From: Chromera velia
Lineage: Eukaryota
NCBI GenBank assembly: GCA_018398765.1
Contig: JAHBMJ010000332.1
Location: 1-64,000 of the forward strand
Direction: 5' to 3'
Length of the DNA: 64,000 nucleotides
The translations under genes and the position numbers were made by a program. The notes under the pieces are model-generated. The model worked only from the letters and a program-made list of their open reading frames with translations, had not been told where the DNA came from and ran no database searches. Positions 11,901 to 21,997 of the stretch are shown one piece after another (position 1 is the stretch's first letter; every line of letters begins with the position of its first letter).

Positions 11901-14229
11901 AGGAAAGCACAAAATCACAGGAAGTGCATCTGCAGCAGAGACGATGCTCTGCCAGACTCCTTGCTGGAGGTGGAAGAAAGAGAACGGGTAAGGAGCACAC
12001 CAACTCCAAAAAACAGAGGATTGACACACTTACAGAGGCAGAGAGAGTGCGGGAAAGAGAAGGTGGGAAAGCCTCCTACCTGGTAGAGCTCTCCCATTAA
12101 GGCCATGCAGTCGACACACTTCTCGACGCGGTCTGCAATGTATTTATTTAGTCAGTCAGTGAGACAGTCATGTACATTGACTCGTCCATTCCTTCATTCG
12201 GTCAGCCGTCCATCCGTCCACCCATCCATTCGTTCGGTCAGTTCGTCACTTAGCCATTCATTCCTTTATTCTTTCATTCAGTCATTCGGTCAGTCGTTGT
12301 GCCCGTGAATGAAGTGCGGATCTTCGTTCTATTCCCTCTCTCCCATTCTCATATTGGTTCGTCGTTTCAACATCTTCTCTGCCTGTGTGTGAAAGAAGAG
12401 CAGAGATGCAAAAGAAGAAAAAACAGACGCACATCATCATCTATCTGACTGACTGACTGACCGTCAACGTCCTCGACTGAAACCTTCAGAGCGTCCACAG
12501 CTTCGTCCGTCAACTCACACACAATGGAGGAGGCCACGTCTGCGTAGGCTTCGCTGGCAGTCTGGTCTGAAATGCCTTTTCTCTCGTGCCAGGCAGCCAA
12601 CCGGGCTGCGAGGGGAAGAACCTTGGTATCGAACCGTTCCAATCCCTCCTCTAGGAGACGGATGTTTTGGGCTCGGAGCTTCTCTGCGGCCTTGTCGTGT
12701 CGGACTCTCTCTTCCTCTAGCCTGTTCTTCTGCTCGATGGTGATATCGAGGGTGGCCTGGAGCTGTTTCGCAGAGAGGGGGGGGCGGGTCGGGGCTTTTG
12801 CTTCTGTGATATTTTTGATTTTATAAACCTTTCCCTTGGCTGCGGCATCCAGTGCGATGTCGACAGGGACTGTCTCATTCACCCAAATGACCTCCTTATC
12901 CCCTTCCATCTCTTTTCCCCCTGCCTCCTCTCTCTTCTTCGCTTCCGCCACTTCTGCCTCAAGCTGTTCAATGCTGGGTTGCAGTTGTGCCAGTGTGTCT
13001 TCACACTGACACAGGGCTTGAAAAAGGGAGGTTTCTCTGACTTCGGGCGCCAAAGAGAGCATCGAGTCGGCGCTCTGTGCAGCTTCTAGTGCGTCTGAGA
13101 TGAACCCCCGGGCCGCTTTCCAGTTGGTTCTCTCAAGAACTTCTTTCTGCTCTTCGTCACTCAATTGAGGTAGTTTGGCAGATTCAGGAAACTTCAAACT
13201 GTCTCGAATGGACAACCCCCCGGGAACCAAATCAGTCATGTTGGGCATCTCCAAAATGGCATTCATACAGGCTGCCACACACTCTCTGTACGTCTCGTTG
13301 AAACGTCCGGACGGCCCGAGAGCACGGAGGTTGGGGGCACGGTTGACGAATTCCCCCGAATCGGAGGAACCGAAAACCGAAGACATAATCCCCTTCGCGC
13401 GCCTCTTCACAGCCTGACCCAATCGCCCGAAGACTGTGCCTCCCGCCTCTGTCTGGGCAGTCTCGGTCTCCTCTTCCTCTCCAACCTCTTCCTCTTCTTC
13501 GTCATCCTCAAATACATCTACCGCTTCCTTCTCCTTTTCTCTAAAAGATTCTGTGCCCTCTGAAATGTCCTCCAAAGAAACTGCCCCCCCCTCTCCCCCC
13601 GCCTCAGCAGCCTCGAGACGCTCTAGTCGTCTTTTCAGACGAGCATCGCGGCGCTCTTTCGCTTTCTGAGCGTCCAACCCTTCCGTTCGCGAATACGTCA
13701 TGATCTTCCCAGCCCCTGTTTTCTTTGACGCGGTCGTGATCTTCCCAGCCCCTGTTTTCTTTGACGCGGTTCGTTTGGGCTCTGCCTCTGGTTGCAGAAT
13801 TTGGGGAAGGGAAAGAGCCAGAGTGGTGGCAGCGACAAGAATCAGGGTCTTCTGCCACAGAGGAAGAGTTGTCAGACTGTAAAGGGGACCTGGCAAAAGT
13901 TTCTTCAGGAAAGGTTCAGGTGGGGGAGGGGCAACGGGGGCAACCTTCCTGGACAGAAGCGCGAGGAGACCGGCACCCGCATGGGAAAGCACAGACGTAT
14001 CTGAGACGTCTGAGACTTCTCGTGCCTTTCTCTGATGCCTTTGACCATTTGACCAGAGAGGAGTGGCCCTTCTCTGTGCCGTCAGGGATGCTCGGGAGGG
14101 TTCCTCAAGGCTTCTCAAAGAGCTGTGACGTGCAGAGATCTTTCGGAGGTCTGGACCGACAATGGTGAAGCTCCTCGCCGGTCCTACAAAGAGGAACAGA
14201 TAGGAACAAAGGGAGACCCACGACTGCAT
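8683..14229 (-). CDS. Putative plastid-targeted membrane protein with signal peptide plus Phe transit motif, one TM helix, coiled coils and a Met/Gly-rich STI1-like C-terminus
   Basis: ATG 14229 begins MQSWVSLCSYLFLFVGPARS-FT, a hydrophobic signal followed by F, then an Arg/Ser-rich transit-like stretch. A TM-like segment LWQKTLILVAATTLALSLPQIL follows. Approximate exons are 14229-12432, ~12131-12079, ~11710-11190, ~10650-10173, ~9170-9102 and ~8782-8683 (ends ...ANLSQNQNT*). The C-terminus contains MFEKMGEMMQNPEKMQEW. Confidence 0.6.
9484..10145. repeat. Intronic purine-rich minisatellite (~27-29 bp units, consensus GGGCAGAAGRCAAGAGARAGAAAAAA)
   Basis: More than 20 tandem variant units visible. 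They create spurious long ORFs in several frames. Confidence 0.9.
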
Positions 14230-14608
14230 AGTGCCGCCCCGTCTCCTAAGAGGTACTGTACTCACTGAAGTCAGATACAAAGCTCAAACAACCTGAGCAT
14301 ACGTCTACAGCTCCACTCGAAGCGTTTCCTAGAGGCAAATTGGGCAAATTAACGAATAGCGACGGTAACAACGCATATATAGAACTGTCACAAGTGATCG
14401 ATCTCAAGACTCTTTTGCAGTTACAGAAGCTTAATTAGCTGCCAGCGTTCTGAGCCATCTGACAGAGGCCGCGGCCCCGGAACGCGAAATTCCGTCCCAG
14501 GAAACTGCGTGCGTCAAGCGTGCGTCAGTCTCAATTGGTGCTGCGCGCGTGCGTCAGATTTTCTGTTGACGGAAATTTCTGTTGAAGCCACGCAGATCCG
14601 ATATGTGT

Positions 14609-16198
14609 GGCGTGAAGACCCAACTCGAGATTTTAGCCAGTTTCAGTTTAGGGTGATGGAAGGGGTGCTAGCTTGCTCCGGGGTGCATAATCGGTTTGGG
14701 CGCCGCCATACTAAGTGTTCCAACACTAAGACCGAAAGTTGAATTGGTCAGTCGATTCATCAACGCATGCACATACCCATCTTTCCATCTGTGTCTGCTT
14801 CTTCACTGACTGACCCGACGCCTTTGCTGCCTCCTGCTTTCGACGGAAACAAGGCTGAAGACAGATCTCGTCGGCTGCTACCATTCGAACAAAAGCACCG
14901 TGAGGGTCCTTTGCCTGTCTCCACGCAGGATTCTTTCCAAAGAAGGCGTCTTTCAGATCAACGTAGGCAATNTTTACATACTCACGTTTGCCATGATTAC
15001 ACTTCGTTGTCAAGATGCCTGCACGGGCCAGAGTCTTTGGGCAGTAAGCCTTCAGAGCATCTGTACACAGCTCTGTACATACAGCACAGGTGTCGATGAT
15101 GAATTCTGTGATGTTTCCCTTTGTGCGTGCAGATCGACCGCGGGGGAGGATGCGAAAGTTGAATTGGTCAGTCGATTCATCAACGCATGCACATACCCAT
15201 CTTTCCATCTGTGTCTGCTTCTTCACTGACTGACCCGACGCCTTTGCTGCCTCCTGCTTTCGACAGAAACAAGGCTGAAGACAGATCTCGTCGGCTGCTA
15301 CCATTCGAACAAAAGCACCGTGAGGGTCCTTTGCCTGTCTCCACGCAGGATTCTTTCCAAAGAAGGCGTCTTTCAGATCAACGTAGGCAATACCTTTTCC
15401 CTCTTGCTCTGCTAGGCCCCCCATCTGCTGAAAGGTGTTCTGGTTAAACTCATCTACCCATGCACGCACGTAGCGGTAGAATGTCTGAATTTGCTTTACA
15501 GTGAAACCCCACTTGCACTCTTTGTTCCTTTTGTCTGTCAGTTTCTTGAGAGAAGAGAAAAGTGTCCATACTTTCAGAGGAGGCAGACTTTCTCCCCATG
15601 CGTAGGCAGCCAGACACTTTGCTTCCGGAGAGAGATCGGAGAAGCGTGTGTCGATCAAAGTGCCAATAGAGATGTTGTATTCCGTGTTCTTGCATCCTGG
15701 GATAGCGCATCTCCCAGTGCAGGTCTCTATGGGGTCGCCTTCTGTCATGAAGTCAAGATAGATACGGAATGAATACTTGCATCTGTCACATTGTTTTTCA
15801 AGAGACAGCAGCCCCCACTGTAGCAGCTGAGTGACCAAAGGGACCCTGCCTTGATCCAAGATGTCTTTCAGCTCAAACACTGACGTAGGCACGTTTGTGA
15901 AATCGGCCATTGTGTGAAATGATGTCAATATAAACCTGTGTCCACTTGTGTGTGTGTCCTTGTATGTGTAGGTGCTGTGTGGGTCAGATGACAGAAGGAA
16001 AAACGAAGACTTTGAGATTGACGTCGACGGTTAAAACTGATTTTAGCTCGGACTATCACTTTTTAAATCACCCCTTTAGTCCCCAACTCTAAAAATTCTA
16101 CTTAAAGATGCTTTTAAATTTTAATGTAATTTTAGACACTCACCCCTGTTAAATATTAACTTTAGAAATCTAAAAATCTCGAGTTAGGTCTTCAAGCC
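14609..16198 (-). mobile_element. Merlin (IS1595/ISXO2-like) DNA transposon, truncated or mis-assembled
   Basis: Imperfect ~28-bp TIRs: GGCGTGAAGACCCAACTCGAGATTTTAG (14609-14636) and CTAAAAATCTCGAGTTAGGTCTTCAAGCC (16170-16198). They start with GG and end with CC, as typical for Merlin. The TIRs enclose a transposase ORF. No clean 8-9 bp TSD was found. Confidence 0.8.
14973..15910 (-). pseudogene. Merlin/IS1595-family DDE transposase, C-terminus missing
   Basis: N-terminal zinc ribbon (CDRC...RCAIPGC), then VAADE, ERWVCACVDE, RSARTK..ITEFI, LCTDALKAY and CNHGKREYV, which follow the IS1595/Merlin motif order. The sequence breaks at the N at 14972, before the final catalytic Glu. Confidence 0.75.
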
Positions 16199-16442
16199 TG
16201 TGATTGCCGAGATGCCACTGCTGTCACACGACACGAGGACTTCTGACATATACAAGCTGCATCTGGCTGGGAGTCTGGACTATAGTCTGTGTTTCCTGTT
16301 CTTCGTCTCTCCGTTTGCCGACAAGTGGATTTAAGTTGATGCGCTTGAGAGCGCGTGCAAGACTTCAGCAAGCTCAGTCTGACTCTTCAACCGTTGACAG
16401 TCTATCAGACCGGCTCCATCTACGGGTATCGATCTGGTGAAA

Positions 16443-18229
16443 ATGAAAATCAACTTCTCGGTGGTCTCATTCGTCCCATCCTCTGCTCAGGTGGCAGTCG
16501 TCGGTTCTGTGCCTGAGCTGGGCAGGTCGGTCGGATTGCCGCCAGACTGTGGTTCTCCACTGGGCGTCCTTTCTGTCTTACTCTCCCCGTTTGTTTCCTT
16601 CTCTTTTCTGCAGCTGGAATGTCGACAAGTGTGTCCAGCTGGAGCCGTCAGAAAGGCCCCAATCGGATATGGCCCCCTCCTTTTGGTACGCCTCTCTGAA
16701 AGTAGAGGGGGCAAAGTCCATTGAATACAAATTCATTCGGAGACGTTCACAAGGTCAGTCAATTTGTCAACCAGCCGGTCCACCAGTTCGTGAATCCATC
16801 AGTCTCTTAGTCACTCCGCCTGTGATTCAGCTACTCTCTCTGTGACCACCTCAGATGTTCAGATATTCACCCTCACCTTGTCTTCCTGCATGCCTGCCTG
16901 CCGGCCTGTCTGTCTCCTTCTGCACAATCCACTCAGAGAGAGAGGGAATGAGTCAGTCAGTCCATGAGTCAAACGCTCTCTGTTGTCCTTTTCTCTCTCG
17001 GTCTAGCCTTTCTCTCTCTATCCAGAAAAGGCAAGGGACCTGGGTGTGGGGGGGAAGCTTTGCACTGGCCAGTCTGGATCCAATTCGGCGTGTACCCTGG
17101 CGTCCGTTTGAGTAACTCAGACTTATTTTCGTCCATACATACGTTGGTCCACATGTGCGGGTGGATGCGTGTGCAGATGTGGGTTGGGAGTGGGAAGGTT
17201 CGGGTTCCGGGGACAACCGGAAGGTCGATCTCGTGCAGGAGGGGGAGGACGTCGTGCAGGCCGCATCTTTCGGATCCATACTCAAAGGGGCCCAGGGGAA
17301 GGGGGGCAGTGAGAAGGTCCTCGCGATCCCTGTCACGCAGTTTCTGGATCCGGCAGGCGTCTCGGAGTATTCTCACACAACCCGATTTTACATGAATGTC
17401 AAGGTGCGCGCACGTACAAGTGATTCAATGCAAGAAAGGGACGGCGTGGGGCTCACAGGGTGAAGTCGGTACGGGCGCAGAAACGCTCTCTGTGTTGCGT
17501 TCATAGAAATGCACAGTTGGAGGTCGTTCTTTTATTGACATGTAAAAGGAAAACAACTCTCTGTACGGTTGAATTCTTCTGTGCAAATTTGTCCTTTCAT
17601 TTATTTCTGCTTGATTGCCTTATTTTACTGTCATGGATCTGTTTGTTCACACACAGTGACAAACGCTAGCGGGCTGTTGCTTCCTGTCTGTCGATCGTCT
17701 TTTCTTTCCTCACCTTCAATGACGTTTCTTTGAAAGACTTCGCGAATGGAAAACGAAACTTTCTTGAGAACATCTTCAATGACGTTTCTTTGAAAGACTT
17801 CGCGAATGGAAAACGAAACTTTCTTAAGAACATCTTCAAGGACGTTTCTTTGAAAGACTTCGCGAATGGAAAACGAAACTAGCGAATTGGTGTAAGATGT
17901 GGGGTTGGTGTCCTCTTCATTCTTTTGTTCTGTTTGAGGTGTTCCCCTTTTCTGTCTGTTTACTTGCCTTCCTCCCTGCACCTCTCTCTGTCGTGTACCC
18001 ATTCGATCTGCCCCCCCTTTCTAAAATAAAAGAAATGTACTTCTGTCTGTCTGTCTGTCTGTCTATCTGTCTGTGCGCAGAACCAGAACTCGATCCACTA
18101 CAACAAGATCATCGAGGCCATGTACGTCGGCACCTGCCCTCGGTGTGTGGAACACCTGGACATGCTGAAGAGGGACCTCGGGGTGACCGCGCTGTTCAAT
18201 CTCCAGACTGAGGAGGGTCGGCAGCTCTG

Positions 18230-18290
<61 letters not shown>

Positions 18291-18292
18291 GC

Positions 18293-18365
<73 letters not shown>

Positions 18366-20856
18366 TGTGTGTCTGTGTGTCTGTGTGTCTGTGTGTCCGT
18401 GTGTCTGTGTCTGTGTCTGTGTGTCTGTGGGTATGCGCAACTGTCTGTCTCCCTGTCTCCCTGTCTCCCTGTGTGTCTGTCTGTCTGTCTGTCTGTCTGT
18501 CTCCTTTACGCTGTCTCTCTCACTTGTTGCAGATGTGTGCGTAGACAGACGAAGCCTTCCTTCCTGCGTTCCTTCCGACCGACGCTTGCTGCTCACGACT
18601 GAAGCAAAGCTTCTCCGACACGCTCTTCCTTGTCTGCGCCTCCTCCTTTTCCTTGTCTCCTTTATTCCTGCATTCCTCCAGACGCATTGAACAACTACCC
18701 GGACCCCAAAAGCCACCCAACTATGGAAGGAAGGTGAGCGGAGATTTTCAAGAAGATGACACCTTTGTTGGTCTGTCTGTCTGTCCGACTGGGTCGCTGG
18801 GTGTCCCTCTCTTCTTTTTCATCCACCCCCCTTTCATCTTTCTACAGAAAAGGGGATGGTCACTTCCAAGTACACAGACTGTAGGAGACCTGAGTCTGTC
18901 GCCCCCGGCTCTTCGGATTTGTCTCCCTGCATGGATGCACAGATGCTCCCCTGCTTTTCTCTCCTTCCTTTTTCTTTCCTCTGATCATCTTGCCCCATCT
19001 GTCCAAAGACTCTGTGAAAGTGTAGCAGTGCCTTGTGGAGTCTCTTTGTGTCTGCCCCCCCCAAAAGACTTAATCGCTTCTTTCGTTTTGTTTCTTTCGT
19101 ACGACAGGACGACTGACCACGTCGAAGAAGTCGCGAAAAGGAGGGGACTTGCATACGTGTGGATGCCCACGACTGATATGTCCACCCAGGCGAGAGCTCG
19201 GATGCTTCCGCAGGTCTGTCTTTCTGTCTGTGTGCCTGCCGAGTTGTCATTTTATCTTCTGGTGGTCGGTCTGGCCGGCGGTATCATTCTCTGTTTGTGT
19301 GTTGAGCCTATTGACTCACAGAGGGTCTCTCTGTCCCTCTGCGCAAGCACGTCCGGACTCGTTGGTGTTTGGACTTGTCTGAAAGAATCTGTCTGAGTCT
19401 TCCACTTGATCTCCCTTTCCCTCCATCTGCTTAGATTTGCCTCGCTTTCCCTTCTCCCGACCGTCCTTGCTTCTCTCCTCCCGGTACGAAACTCTGCAAC
19501 TTTCTGGTTGTGCACATCGGCCGGTCTAGCTTCTTCATTTCCTCCGCTGGTGTGCCTCCTGTCTGCTTCCCTCACTCGATCGATCTGCAGGCTGCTCTGG
19601 TGATGTACGGCCTCCTCGCAGGGGGGCATGTGGTTTACTGTCACTGCAATGGTCGGTTGGGTGGACTTTCGTTTTGTCATGTGCGCTCCATCACCTTGTT
19701 CCGTTGTTTGTGGTCTGCTGTGCGAGTGTTGATCTGTTTATTCCTGTGTGAAGCCCTGCAGGATCCTTTCTTTCCGAACTATGGCTCGATCGTGTGAAAG
19801 GGGAAGACAGATTGAAGGGAATTCAGAGATCGTGGTACGGACACAAATCAGTTACTCTTGTCTGTCTCTCTGCCATGCAAGGTTCCCATGTGAACTGTCC
19901 TCTTGATCCCCTGTGTTGCCTCCTTGTGTGTCTGCAGCCGGAGTCGGTGAGTCGCCAGATGAGATGAGAAGAGAAGAGGAAAGAACGGAGATAACAGCGG
20001 AGCGTGTGTTCGACTTTTGAGGAGGGGTCTTGCCAATCTGTTCTAGCCCTTCGTCTCTGCTCTGTGTATTAGTATCTCTGTGTGTGTCTGCACTCGCCTG
20101 TCTGATCTCTCTCAGAAAGACGCTCATATGAGCACTCGGTCGACCTACAGAAAAGTACACGACACATGCGTTTTTTTGAGTGTTACGTAAGTCGATTTTA
20201 TATCTTTCACTTCAGTTTACAGACACCTCCTCTTCATGCCGTTCCCTTGTGCTCAACTCTTTTTTGTTCGATTTGTTCCATTTCTTTTCTGTCGCATGCA
20301 GGGAGGTCCATTGCGGCTGCTTGCGGGTACCTCTGCTACGTCCAGGGGATGTCTGTGAGAGAGACGCAACTCCTCGTGTCCTCCAGACGGCCTGTCGCGT
20401 TCTTCGTCAGTCACCTGCACTGCATTCAGTCATGTCGTATTTTCAATGCTCATTTGGCTGCTTTTCCTTTGTGCATTGCCATGGTTCCGCCGTTTGGGTG
20501 CGAATCAAATTGAAATTCACATGACCTTGGAATAGAAAGGATCGAAGCGTTTCGGTAGGCACGCAGAAGAAAGACAACAGGCTGACTGACAAGTGCAGAT
20601 TCTGCCAGACTGACTAAGATTCAAAACAAAAGTTTGGAGCTTTGCTATCGAGATTCGTTTTAAATGTCTGTTGAATTTCTTTCTGCCTGTTTGTTTGCCT
20701 GGTTTCTTTCCTGCCTTTCTGCAGGACGAGGTGGCTTTGCGGCAGGGGAAGAGAGACTGGGAGATGAAGTTCTCCTCTTTCCTGGACAAGCAGAAGGAGA
20801 CGGTGAAGAGGGCCCCGGCACTGTCCATAGAGAGGGCCCAGGTCGAGGGAAGCTGA
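16443..20856 (+). CDS. EPM2A: Laforin: CBM20 starch-binding domain plus dual-specificity glucan phosphatase
   Basis: Phase-compatible GT-AG exons 16443-16525, 16614-16753, 17177-17403, 18081-18216, 18682-18733, 19108-19213, 19591-19651, 19938-19946, 20302-20405 and 20725-20856. The translation includes [14 protein letters not shown]...[83 protein letters not shown] and RPVAFFDEVAL..G..D...KF, collinear with laforin motifs. Confidence 0.93.
17714..17880. repeat. Intronic 60-bp tandem repeat, ~2.8 copies
   Basis: Unit CTTCAATGACGTTTCTTTGAAAGACTTCGCGAATGGAAAACGAAACTTTCTTGAGAACAT repeats at a 60-bp offset with 2 substitutions. Confidence 0.95.
18225..18500. repeat. Compound (CT)n/(GT)n/(GTCT)n microsatellite in a laforin intron
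   Basis: Seen directly. Confidence 0.95.
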
Positions 20857-21997
20857 TTTGATCTCTGGGGTGGGGGGTGGGGTAGAGAGAAGCGGAGGAG
20901 CATGGATCAGAGCTAGACGAAGTGCACCTAATTCATGCGAAAGAGGTAGTCTCATTCGAATCATGCAGGCAAAAGAGAATTCAATGAATTACACCTCCAA
21001 ACTCACACAACCAGGCAGTGCATGAAGGAAAGATGTTCGGGGAAATGCCATTGGAACTTTATGGGGGATCAAAAAGGATACTAATAAGCAATGAAAGGAA
21101 AGAAACGGGGAAAGGATGACGAATCGAAAAGGGATGGAAAAAAACGAAAATAGAGAGGACAAGATTCAGATTTAGGGTATTGAATGAAAAAAACAATAAA
21201 ACTTTAATTAGAGAAAGAAAAACAGGCAGCGGATCCCAGAAGCAAAAAAAAGGAGCATTGACAGTGAAGGGTGAAGCCAAGCTCTCTATTCCCGCTCCTC
21301 TTATGGCCGATACACTCATCTGGCGATCGATGTCAATGCAGCAGTTTGCGGATCGCAGAATGGAAGGTTGAACTTAATCAATCACCAAATGACCGAATTT
21401 TGTTGTACATCCATTTTTTTGGTGCAGAGAACGAGAAAAAGCCTTTTATGGTGCTTGTGTGCCCGCCGCCAAGATTGTCGACTTTAAAAATGTATTTTTG
21501 CAAAATCAAATTTTATTACGAGAACTGATTGAATGTGAAAGAGACCAGGACTTGGAATTACAGTATACGTATAGGCTGCAAGATAATAAAGAGCAAAGTA
21601 TGATGATGTAAGAGGAAACTATAACTATACCTATGTCTATATATGAGTAAGAGATTGTAGGACTATATTATGCGACTATAACTCGGACACACGTTCATAA
21701 ATTAATTAAAGTTTCATTTTTCATATTTGCTAGGTTATCCGGATGCTATTAGGGATGTATAGAGATGCTATAGTCTAAATGTTGAAAAAAAGTACGTTAG
21801 AAAATTAAAGTACCAGAAATTTTTTTTTTAAGAAAGATATATTTAAAAAATTAATAGAAAACGATTAGCAAATTTATAATATCAATTATAGTGCTACTAC
21901 TCACTACGGTAGTCTAGACCTAGGTATATGAGATGAAGACTATGCGCAGACACCTGTCTGAAATATGTAACAGTTATATTCTTAAATAATTGATTGG

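Noticed and set aside
14733..15391. 239-bp direct duplication inside the Merlin transposase (14733-14971 versus 15153-15391), which makes the 400-aa ORF look internally repeated
   Set aside because: The first copy ends exactly at a single N (14972) and the copies differ by one base. This is most likely a scaffold join between contigs from different copies or alleles, not a biological tandem domain.
17020..17100. Possible extra laforin exon ([13 protein letters not shown]...)
   Set aside because: It has no phase-compatible GT donor, and the flanking exons join in frame without it.
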